A stretch of 64,000 bases of DNA. Source: Azoarcus sp. Lineage in GTDB: Bacteria; Pseudomonadota; Gammaproteobacteria; Burkholderiales; Rhodocyclaceae. Below, piece by piece: positions 47,807 to 55,005 of this stretch. The position numbers and the translations under genes were made by a program. The stretch covers positions 3,977 to 67,976 of the forward strand of contig JAITMK010000132.1 in assembly GCA_031277415.1 (NCBI GenBank), in the 5' to 3' direction. The notes beneath the pieces are model-generated. The model saw only the letters and a program-made list of their open reading frames with translations, was not told the origin of the DNA and made no database searches. The first letter of the stretch is position 1. Each line of letters starts with the position of its first letter.

Positions 47807-48097
47807 TTATCCGCCGAGCAGGCTGTTTCCGCCGAGCGGCATACCACCTGATATGCCACCTGGTCCAGTTAATGACGTTGCGCTTACATCATCTCCAAAA
47901 TCAAGCAATGATGATTGACGCTGATTCTCGCGATTCCATCGTTCAGCTTGCGCGTCTTCAGCAGCTTTTGCCGCTTTTTGCGAATCGCTCTGTTGCCTCT
48001 TCATCGCAGATTCTTGTTTACTTGCTTGCCTATGTTGGCTGTAGGCGCTTCCGGCTGATACTGCTGCCATAATACCTAATGCTACTGCTTGAGGCAT
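47807..48097 (-). CDS. Small virion protein upstream of portal
   Basis: Hydrophobic N-terminus, Gln/Ala coil, SLTGPGG...LLGG C-terminus. Confidence 0.65.
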   Translation of the reverse strand: MPQAVALGIMAAVSAGSAYSQHRQASKQESAMKRQQSDSQKAAKAAEDAQAERWNRENQRQSSLLDFGDDVSATSLTGPGGISGGMPLGGNSLLGG

Positions 48098-48541
48098 TTA
48101 TAATCTCCTCATAAAAATACGTCCGGATTCTTTGAAAAGCTTGCTTCTCTCCATTGCTTTATGGAGGACTCCACCGGTTGGCGCGGTAACAACATATGAC
48201 CTTGCGCCAATCTCTTTAGCGATCCTTCCAGAACGCCTAAGTAATGACGCGCCCGCACCGGTATTTCTGTATTTATTACGAACGAAAAGCGCCTCAGTGA
48301 AGGCGTCTATCCGGTCATACTGGAGTTGATGAAAAACCGTTAAGATGCAAAACCCGACGATCTCTCCGTTTACATATGCACACAAAAGGATTGCAATACC
48401 TGCATCCTCAAGTTGTTTATAAGCATCAATATTTGGTTCGGGATTACCAAAACTTGAAGCCTCACGCGCGTACTCAGTGAGAAGCGTGTTTACATCAGCT
48501 TGCGCAAGTGCCTCATCGAATGTTGTTTGCCTTATATCCAT
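48098..48541 (-). CDS. GNAT-family acetyltransferase
   Basis: LFVRNKYRNTGAGASLL acetyl-CoA binding motif A. Confidence 0.78.
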   Translation of the reverse strand: MDIRQTTFDEALAQADVNTLLTEYAREASSFGNPEPNIDAYKQLEDAGIAILLCAYVNGEIVGFCILTVFHQLQYDRIDAFTEALFVRNKYRNTGAGASLLRRSGRIAKEIGARSYVVTAPTGGVLHKAMERSKLFKESGRIFMRRL

Positions 48542-48547
48542 AGGAAA

Positions 48548-48582
48548 ACAATGGCACAGCGCCGAAAGCCCGTATGAACGTT
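48548..48582 (-). promoter_or_regulatory. Putative late promoter, copy 1 (GNAT-portal)
   Basis: AACGTTCATACGG-N16-CATTGT-N6-ATG. Confidence 0.7.
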
Positions 48583-50082
48583 TTACTTTGTGACGACCGC
48601 GTATGGGTCGTAGTCTCGGTATTTGCGGTAGTTTGTGATGACCGCTTCGTGTCCCTCAAACTCCGCTATCGGATAAGCAAATGTGAGCGCAAGCGCATCT
48701 CCCTTATCGGGTGATGACAGACCACGCTTTTTCATATCCTCTTTTTTTTCAAGCGCGACTTGCCCTTTATCGGTGTAACCGTACTCAATACCGGTTAGGT
48801 CTGTTGCAAGAACTTCATCTTTTTCGATGCAACCTCCCGTCAACCACTCTTTGACGCGCCCCCACATCTCTGCGCGCTTGTTTCGATATTTTGTCGGATC
48901 GTCCGCTGTTCCTCCGAAAGCGATCTCAATCACCGGCACGCCGATCTGTCTTAGCCTGTCTATAACACCCCACCCGCCGCCACTATCGATAAATACCGTC
49001 ACATCGACGCCCTCTTTATCGCGCAGCATGGTGACGTGCTCAGCGATGATCGATGCAAGCCGCATCGTGTCCAGACCCCTGAACTGCCGTATCGTGTACT
49101 TGCGCGCGTCCCGCCCTATTCTTGTAGCGATGGCGCTTGAGTCATCGCCAAAACGCGCCACATCAACGCCGACACAAGCACGACTGTACCGGGTGTGATC
49201 GGGCTGCCGACGCATCGCCTCGTCCACCAGGTCACGTGAGATGTACTGCGTGCTGGATGCGCGGGGGAATATACCGCGCACTCTCACGCGGACGAAGTCA
49301 GAATCCTCTCCGTAGTCCTCTACCCACTGGTTGAGTTGCTCTTTGTTTGTACCCTCTACGTCACGGCTGTCGATCTGGGCGGTACGCCACCGATTTCGAC
49401 GTGATCCAAAGCACTCGAAAAACTTACCTGTGTTGCGCGTCGGGTTGCCGAATGCGATAAATATTATCTCTGTCCCCTCATCCGTCAGCGCGCCCTCAAC
49501 GACCTCCCAGATAGGAGGCGGAATAGCGCTTGCCTCATCAAAAATGACAATGACACGTTTCCCCTTGTTGTGCAGCCCGGCGAAAGCCTCCGGTCTCTGC
49601 TCTGACCAAGGGATAAAGTCCGCCCTCCACGTCTCGTCATGCCCCTTATCTCTTGATCTGACAGACGTTGCCTGTGAGTCGAAGTATGACGCTGAAATTG
49701 ATCTTCGTAGCCACGTCGAAACCTCTGGCACTGTTTTTGTCCTAAGCTGAGGTTGAGTGTTTGCTGTGATGACAATTCGCGCATCGACGCATGTCGATAA
49801 CCCCCAATCAATTATCATGCCGACTATGGCTGATTTACCGATGCCGTGACCGCTCGCCACAGCAATACGCAGAGGTGTATATCGCGTCTGCTCTGATGTG
49901 AGATGGTCTCTTATCGTAGCGAGTATGTCTTTTTGCCAAGCGCGCGGCCCGTCCGTGCCAACCAGGTCTCCGTGACCCCAATCGTAAGCGCAGATTGCCC
50001 ACAGTAGAGGGTCGTACCTGCACTCACTCGGCAGCGTCTCGATAAGTCTTGACACGATCAGCCGCCCTAATATCCCGCTCAA
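48583..50082 (-). CDS. terL: Terminase large subunit (start TTG 50082 or GTG 50055)
   Basis: ASGHGIGKS Walker A, FDEAS Walker B, GNPTRN, VGVDVARFGDD, SPDKGDALALTF. Confidence 0.92.
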   Translation of the reverse strand: MSGILGRLIVSRLIETLPSECRYDPLLWAICAYDWGHGDLVGTDGPRAWQKDILATIRDHLTSEQTRYTPLRIAVASGHGIGKSAIVGMIIDWGLSTCVDARIVITANTQPQLRTKTVPEVSTWLRRSISASYFDSQATSVRSRDKGHDETWRADFIPWSEQRPEAFAGLHNKGKRVIVIFDEASAIPPPIWEVVEGALTDEGTEIIFIAFGNPTRNTGKFFECFGSRRNRWRTAQIDSRDVEGTNKEQLNQWVEDYGEDSDFVRVRVRGIFPRASSTQYISRDLVDEAMRRQPDHTRYSRACVGVDVARFGDDSSAIATRIGRDARKYTIRQFRGLDTMRLASIIAEHVTMLRDKEGVDVTVFIDSGGGWGVIDRLRQIGVPVIEIAFGGTADDPTKYRNKRAEMWGRVKEWLTGGCIEKDEVLATDLTGIEYGYTDKGQVALEKKEDMKKRGLSSPDKGDALALTFAYPIAEFEGHEAVITNYRKYRDYDPYAVVTK

Positions 50083-50431
50083 GCACCTCTTTCAACGACA
50101 CGCCAACGTCATGCTCATGCTTGTCAGTAAACATCCCGTAATGCCGCCCCTCAAGCTCAAGCCCTTTAAACTCGTGGCGCAAATCATCAGCTTGTCTTGC
50201 TCGTCTCGTTGCGTCTTGTATATCTATAAGAACATCATCTGCGGTTCTTTTGGTCCGCTCTGAGCGGTCTTTTATAGCCTTTTCGATTGCGGTCTTGACA
50301 CTAACAGTTGCTAACAGTCGCGCCCCCTGCTCATTTGCAGTTTTGCTGCTGTATCCAGCGCGTATTGCGGCCTGAGTTGCGTTAAGGTCAATAAGATATT
50401 CATCAACGAATCGTTGTTGTTTAGGTTTCAA
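50024..50431 (-). CDS. terS: Terminase small subunit
   Basis: KQQRFVDEYLIDLNATQAAIRAGYS motif. Confidence 0.9.
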   Translation of the reverse strand: MKPKQQRFVDEYLIDLNATQAAIRAGYSSKTANEQGARLLATVSVKTAIEKAIKDRSERTKRTADDVLIDIQDATRRARQADDLRHEFKGLELEGRHYGMFTDKHEHDVGVSLKEVLERDIRAADRVKTYRDAAE

Positions 50432-50628
50432 TGTTTCACCTTATAAGTAATTCGCCCTATTATTGCGCGAGACATAAAATTACAGACGTAATATGCTGTT
50501 GATCTACAAATTTCAAATTTTTCGGCTATTTTTCCGTAACTCATGCCGTGTACATGCCTTAATTCACGCATGTTGCGAACATCACTATCAGACAGTTTTG
50601 CGTTACCGTTTGTAATCCCTGTCGTCAT
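50428..50628 (-). CDS. Small HTH DNA-binding protein, candidate late activator
   Basis: NAKLSDSDVRNMREL...SYGKIAEKFEICRSTAYYV helix-turn-helix. Confidence 0.7.
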   Translation of the reverse strand: MTTGITNGNAKLSDSDVRNMRELRHVHGMSYGKIAEKFEICRSTAYYVCNFMSRAIIGRITYKVKH

Positions 50629-50785
50629 CTCTGAAATGCCCTGGGTGTAGTGCTTTGATGCGTTTGATTGCCTTGTCAATCGCGACGATCTTGTCGCTTA
50701 CGCGGTTTCCCTTGTCTTTAACCATAGACGCTTCGACGAGCATCATCGCTGCGTCGTAAGGGAGTAATGTTGAGATCTCTAACAT
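50603..50785 (-). CDS. Hypothetical protein
   Basis: 60-aa ORF at head of late operon; no RBS seen. Confidence 0.4.
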   Translation of the reverse strand: MLEISTLLPYDAAMMLVEASMVKDKGNRVSDKIVAIDKAIKRIKALHPGHFRDDDRDYKR

Positions 50786-50807
50786 GTGGGTAGTTTTGTT
50801 GATAGAT

Positions 50808-50836
50808 TGTGGATAATTTTACATTATTGTGGATAA
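50808..50836. promoter_or_regulatory. Two consensus DnaA boxes in direct repeat
   Basis: TGTGGATAA (reverse complement TTATCCACA) at 50808-50816 and 50828-50836. Confidence 0.5.
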
Positions 50837-50961
50837 CTTTTCGGAAAAATTTTCGTTTGTTTGATCTATATCAATTTGGTTTGTTTTGTGTGTGACTACA
50901 ATACAAACATGGATCGACGATCCAGCCGCGCCTCGGGAACTGTGGGCACAAGGAGTAAAAA

Positions 50962-51162
50962 ATGAAAAATACAAACACCATCGCTATTACCATCGAATCC
51001 CTGAAGTCCATAAAGGGCGATGTAAATAAAAATGTCGCCACGTACTTGAAGCAGCGCGGCATCAATGTGCTTGACGCAGACGTGGTAGTCACATGCCCGT
51101 CAGAACCAGGTCGAATCTGGGTCAAGCGTCCAGGCAAGTCTTCTGTCGATGCCTACGGCTGA
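50962..51162 (+). CDS. Small hypothetical protein (anti-defence candidate)
   Basis: AAGGAG RBS; 66 aa; antisense to flanking operons. Confidence 0.7.
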   Translation: MKNTNTIAITIESLKSIKGDVNKNVATYLKQRGINVLDADVVVTCPSEPGRIWVKRPGKSSVDAYG

Positions 51163-51192
51163 TGCGCTTACGCGGGATATTAGGAGAACAAA

Positions 51193-51660
51193 ATGATTTC
51201 AACTAAAACAGTCGATTTGGGTAATGGTCGCATCATCACCGTGACAGCAACCTGCACCGTCTCTGATGACATTAGCTACTCGGACGGTTGGAACATCAAC
51301 CTGGGTCGTAAGATTTCCAGGAAAGTAGTGTGCTCGGTCGAAAAAGACGGAAAAAATATTTGCAGCGGCGATTTTTGCCAAGTCGTTACCCCGGACGAAA
51401 AGCAGAGATACCCGGCGGCAGTCGGAAGTATCGCGGACAGTATCTACCTGGGCGCTGAATCTTTTGAAAAAGTCAAGACAGCATACGATGCGGCTGTCGC
51501 GGAAGCAGAAGAACCGGAAGCTAAGGAACTCGACGCTAAGGAAAAAGCAAGGGTCGAAGCCCTTGACGAAATGTACACAAAGTACGAGCCAACGCAGCGT
51601 CCATACGGCTGGTGCGATAAATGTCAATCGTGCTGTTACGGCGATTGCGAGGCAGCGTAA
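51193..51660 (+). CDS. Hypothetical protein with C-terminal CxxCxxCCxxxC cluster
   Basis: AGGAG RBS; WCDKCQSCCYGDC. Confidence 0.75.
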   Translation: MISTKTVDLGNGRIITVTATCTVSDDISYSDGWNINLGRKISRKVVCSVEKDGKNICSGDFCQVVTPDEKQRYPAAVGSIADSIYLGAESFEKVKTAYDAAVAEAEEPEAKELDAKEKARVEALDEMYTKYEPTQRPYGWCDKCQSCCYGDCEAA

Positions 51661-51737
51661 ACAGCAGTCGACGGGATCGATCTCGCGCAAGAGGAGCAGC
51701 GTGTTGGCAAAAAGATCTATCTTGCTGATGCCGTATA

Positions 51738-51773
51738 GCCGAAACGACAAACGCCTCCTGAGAGGCGTTTGTC
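51738..51773 (-). terminator. Hairpin terminating the repeat-containing RNA
   Basis: GACAAACGCCTC-N4-GAGGCGTTTGTC then GTTTC on minus strand. Confidence 0.65.
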
Positions 51774-51905
51774 TGAGAAGCCCTTTTCAAATATCGTTTC
51801 AATCCACGCGTCCCGTGAAGGACGCGACAACTACAAAGCGTAAAGGACAATCCCTTTACAAAGACTGTTTCAATTCAACGCCGGTCTAAACCGGCGACAT
51901 GCTGC
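51740..51905 (-). ncRNA. Candidate CRISPR-like RNA (tandem Racr/crlRNA), about 165 nt
   Basis: Promoter, repeat, pseudo-spacer, repeat, pseudo-spacer, terminator in one orientation. Confidence 0.6.
51796..51898 (-). CRISPR. Two divergent type I-C-like repeats separated by 38 nt (not a canonical array)
   Basis: GTCGCCGGTTTAGACCGGCGTTGAATTGAAAC (51867-51898) and GTCGCGTCCTTCACGGGACGCGTGGATTGAAAC (51796-51828); both with 7-bp stem and ATTGAAAC end; no cas genes in window. Confidence 0.8.
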
Positions 51906-51911
51906 GAGAGC

Positions 51912-51941
51912 AGAATATCACAGGAGCTATGATGTCATCAA
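51912..51941 (-). promoter_or_regulatory. Putative sigma70 promoter of the repeat RNA
   Basis: TTGATG-N18-TATTCT with TGn extension; predicted +1 about 51905, 7 nt before first repeat. Confidence 0.55.
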
Positions 51942-52192
51942 GGAATAAATCCATTTCACAGCGGATTCGCACGGCGGGATCTGCTGAACTACGATCTGAA
52001 ATCTACAATGAATGGGCTAAACACTGGGCAAGCAACCAGATGGCCATCATAGCGCGCATGGATCGTGCGCGCGAAAATAAGGACTGGGATCAAATAGCCG
52101 GAAACTTGGCGCAGCTTCATGCGCTTTCTGTGAAGATGTTTTCGGCGCTGCCAAATGTATTGTCTTTGCTCAATGACAATGGTGATTTATGA
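51929..52192 (+). CDS. Small helical hypothetical protein
   Basis: AGGAG RBS before ATG 51929; 87 aa. Confidence 0.7.
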   Translation: MMSSRNKSISQRIRTAGSAELRSEIYNEWAKHWASNQMAIIARMDRARENKDWDQIAGNLAQLHALSVKMFSALPNVLSLLNDNGDL

Positions 52193-52437
52193 CAAACCAC
52201 CCGAATCGTAACTGGCGACGCTGTTGGAAAGTTGATCTTTCCGCAGCAACGGCAACACACTCTGACGGATGGGTTTTCCACTTCGAGCGCGACGAAGAAG
52301 ACGGAGCCTGGGACGGCAGCGTGATCGACTGCCCGCCGCTTGAAGCTGAAACGTCCCCGGAATTCGCGCAACGAGCACTTCGCATCGCGCGCGAAGCAGG
52401 GGAAATCTACACCGAAGCCCTGGCGGAGAGACACTGA
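52189..52437 (+). CDS. Small hypothetical protein (MTNHPNR start)
   Basis: ATGA coupling to upstream gene; 82 aa. Confidence 0.7.
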   Translation: MTNHPNRNWRRCWKVDLSAATATHSDGWVFHFERDEEDGAWDGSVIDCPPLEAETSPEFAQRALRIAREAGEIYTEALAERH

Positions 52438-52438
52438 C

Positions 52439-52675
52439 ATGGCGCGGCCTCGTATTTATGCAAAAGGCACCACGGCAACGCAGCGCGTAGCCGCTTCAAC
52501 GGCGGCACTTGTCGCTGCCGGTGGTGCGCGTAAGACTTTCCGTTTATCACCGGATGCGATGGCCGCGCTACGCACACTGATGAGTTCGCCGGAGGCGCCT
52601 GACACAGAGACAGCTTTGATCGAGCGACTTTTGCTTGATGCTTCTATTACACAAGGGCGGCCTGAACGCTTTTGA
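52439..52675 (+). CDS. Small putative DNA-binding (ribbon-helix-helix-like) protein
   Basis: RKTFRLSPDAMAALRTL...TALIERLL pattern; GGAG RBS. Confidence 0.6.
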   Translation: MARPRIYAKGTTATQRVAASTAALVAAGGARKTFRLSPDAMAALRTLMSSPEAPDTETALIERLLLDASITQGRPERF

Positions 52676-52686
52676 AGAGCGGTTCG

Positions 52687-53097
52687 TCAGTCATCCGTAA
52701 TCCTCACAACTGTCAGTGGCGTCGCGCTGTACCGCTTCTCGATGTGCAGCGTGACAACCTGAGAATCGTCCGCGTAGCAAATGCCGTTGATGGCGTCCAG
52801 AACCGCTTTTGCGACGTTATCGGCATCAGGTTTTACGGTTGGCATCACCTCGCCATTAAGCGCCGCCTGACGCTTCTTTTTCGACCACGACGCAGGTACC
52901 GGGAAGCTAGAGATGACTTCAGCGGATACGGATCCCTCAATCGGCGCGAGGTCCCGCATGGCGTTCTTCGCGGCGAGTTTGACTAGGTTCTCGAAACTGG
53001 CGGTCTTCTCCGGCGTGTAGGCGTGCCCGCTCCGTGTAAAACGTGGCCTGGCTTTACCGACGGGATGGCCCGGGACGGTGAATAAGATGATGGTCAT
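52687..53097 (-). CDS. rusA: RusA-family Holliday junction resolvase
   Basis: GKARPRF, KPDADNVAKAVLDAING, YADDSQV. Confidence 0.9.
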   Translation of the reverse strand: MTIILFTVPGHPVGKARPRFTRSGHAYTPEKTASFENLVKLAAKNAMRDLAPIEGSVSAEVISSFPVPASWSKKKRQAALNGEVMPTVKPDADNVAKAVLDAINGICYADDSQVVTLHIEKRYSATPLTVVRITDD

Positions 53098-53315
53098 ACC
53101 CTTCCCCAACGAAGATCTTCAAGCCACCTTTCGCGCTCTTCGACGGTGCTTTTTTCGGCCTTTTCGAACTTGTCGCACACCCGCAGCCAGAACGGTTCTG
53201 TGAGACGACCGTATGCGCCAACTTTACACGCGGCAAGCCCTTTCTGTCGGTGCTCTGTCACTGCGGTCTCAAGGTCGCAGTGCTGGCAATCGATGCATCG
53301 GACGGCGGCGTTCAT
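53094..53315 (-). CDS. Small Cys-rich phage protein
   Basis: VRCIDCQHC...C...C; coupled on both sides. Confidence 0.6.
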   Translation of the reverse strand: MNAAVRCIDCQHCDLETAVTEHRQKGLAACKVGAYGRLTEPFWLRVCDKFEKAEKSTVEERERWLEDLRWGRV

Positions 53316-53902
53316 GCTGACATCCTCATGTCGATGACTTCTCTCGCACGGTTTTGCGTGATAACGCCGGTACGGACATGCTCCCTCAAAATCTCGATGA
53401 ACCGCGCATCACCGCCATTAGCGGCTGCGATGACGTGATTCTCCCAGTGCGATTTATCCGGGCAGGACGGCGGTTTTCTTGCCCATGCCGTACCGTCGAA
53501 CGTTCCGGATGCGATCCGCCGTGAGGCTTCAGCGAGATACTGCGCTCTCGCTGCGCGGACTTCCGGCGAGGGTTTCGGCTCCGGTAGCGCGGCAGGCGCA
53601 TCGTCTGGCGCCTGCCGGCATAGCTCGATGAACTCCGGGAGCGTCGGCGGAAGAGGCCTGTGTCGGCACGCATCTAGCGCAACCGAGATGCGTTTTGGCT
53701 GATCCGCGAACCCGGCCAGTTCCTTCGCCCAGGTCGCTTTTGCCAGCAGAAGCCCTTGGTCGAACCGTTTTCCGCCGCGCTCGATCTGCACGCCATCGCG
53801 CCATCGGTCAAGCCATAGCGACCCGTACATCCCTTGCAGTTGGCTGAAAATACGCTCAACCAAGGTGTCCGGCAATGGTGTTCGTTTCGATTGTTCTGGC
53901 AT
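53312..53902 (-). CDS. Replication protein P-like (helicase loader)
   Basis: VERIFSQL..MYG, WAKELAGF, PPTLPEFIELCR; follows initiator. Confidence 0.7.
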   Translation of the reverse strand: MPEQSKRTPLPDTLVERIFSQLQGMYGSLWLDRWRDGVQIERGGKRFDQGLLLAKATWAKELAGFADQPKRISVALDACRHRPLPPTLPEFIELCRQAPDDAPAALPEPKPSPEVRAARAQYLAEASRRIASGTFDGTAWARKPPSCPDKSHWENHVIAAANGGDARFIEILREHVRTGVITQNRAREVIDMRMSA

Positions 53903-54887
53903 CAGTTTTTATCCTATTCGCATCAACCTCACAGGCTGCCCTGAACCCGGCAAGCGTCGTCTCAGCCGCGATCCGCCGGGATTCGTCGCGGCTCGGCGCA
54001 CGGCTTCCGTTCGGCGGGGCGCGCTGAACCGCCTTGACGCTGGCCGCATCTCGTCGCCGACCATCGACAACGGCCAGCACCCAGGCAAACCCCTTGCCGC
54101 CTGCGGCTGCCTCCCGTGCCGCATCGTCGAACTCGCCAACCCCGGCGCCAGCCTCGATCAGCGCCGCCAGCTTGGGGTGCGAAGGGCTGACGTTGGCAAT
54201 GCCGTGGCTTCGGATCGCGCAGCAGATCGCCCCGGCTTTGCTCGGAGGTGGAATGTCATCGACATTTTCAAGGTTTGGAGGCGAGCGCACGCCGCTGTCG
54301 GTGTTCGCGCGCGACTCCGGTTCAGGTTTAGTGCGTGTGTCTTCGGAGAGAGGTTTTTTGTTTGGCTTTTGGTTATTGGCTATTGGTTCTTGGTAAGCCG
54401 TATCAGGTGCGTTGCAGGTTTGTTCTTGTACATGTTGTGTACGCGTTACAGGTGCGTTACAGGCTCGATTTAGGATGTCGCGCAACTCCGTTACAGGTGT
54501 ATCCCATTTAGGGGTAATACCAATAGTACGAAGATCTGAAAATAAGCGCGATCTCTCTTCGCGGTGGCGTTTAACGCGCTCCTTTTCGTTATTTGCCCTT
54601 TGTTCACGCTCACTATTTCCTTCCTGACAGCGGACGATTTCTGCGTCACATCTTGCGTTGTGCCATCCATCAGCCTCCAGCGTGAAGAACTCATCAAGAA
54701 TAGTGTCGACGGCTGCTTTTTCTTCGCGTGACCTAGCCCGTGATACGCGGTAAACCTGATCCGATGGGATAGGTCTCTCTGTCGCGTAATACCTGTCAAG
54801 GAGCAGCCGGTAAGCGCCATGTTCGAGTATGGTTAGATGGGATGTATCTTTCGCGTAATCCCCGAGATGATGGTTGTAGTAGTTCAT
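53856..54887 (-). CDS. Replication initiator, YdaU/DUF1376 family (O-like)
   Basis: MNYYNHHLGDYAKDTSHL..LEHGAYRLLLDRYY..E.PI. Confidence 0.85.
   Translation of the reverse strand: MNYYNHHLGDYAKDTSHLTILEHGAYRLLLDRYYATERPIPSDQVYRVSRARSREEKAAVDTILDEFFTLEADGWHNARCDAEIVRCQEGNSEREQRANNEKERVKRHREERSRLFSDLRTIGITPKWDTPVTELRDILNRACNAPVTRTQHVQEQTCNAPDTAYQEPIANNQKPNKKPLSEDTRTKPEPESRANTDSGVRSPPNLENVDDIPPPSKAGAICCAIRSHGIANVSPSHPKLAALIEAGAGVGEFDDAAREAAAGGKGFAWVLAVVDGRRRDAASVKAVQRAPPNGSRAPSRDESRRIAAETTLAGFRAACEVDANRIKTDARTIETNTIAGHLG
54349..54498. repeat. Putative phage replication origin inside initiator gene
   Basis: Five 11-bp (G/C)CGTTACAGG(T/C)-like iterons (54398-54498) next to five TTGG(T/C)TN-like 7-mers in a T-rich tract (54362-54396). 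Confidence 0.6.
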
Positions 54888-54920
54888 TTCAGGTTTAACC
54901 TAAAATTAATTGTCATTCTC

Positions 54921-54980
54921 GACCCGCCTTGACCAGCCGATACCAGCCGAGCCAATCCAAGCCTCGCATTGCCGCGCCGC
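54921..54980. repeat. Degenerate pentamer array
   Basis: 12 units: GACCC GCCTT GACCA GCCGA TACCA GCCGA GCCAA TCCAA GCCTC GCATT GCCGC GCCGC. Confidence 0.65.
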
Positions 54981-55005
54981 GATAGAATTAAATAGGTAGT
55001 GACTA

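Noticed and set aside
51829-51866. Self-targeting by the 38-nt pseudo-spacer
   Set aside because: No PAM-flanked match found by eye in this window (best was TTC-AGTCT, 5 nt, near 30377); needs a computational search
51796-51898. Canonical adaptive CRISPR array
   Set aside because: Only two non-identical repeats, homologous trailers, no AT-rich leader and no cas genes in window; kept as a CRISPR-like RNA candidate instead
52687-53315. Q-like late antiterminator
   Set aside because: Genes here are RusA and a small Cys protein; no Q motif recognised
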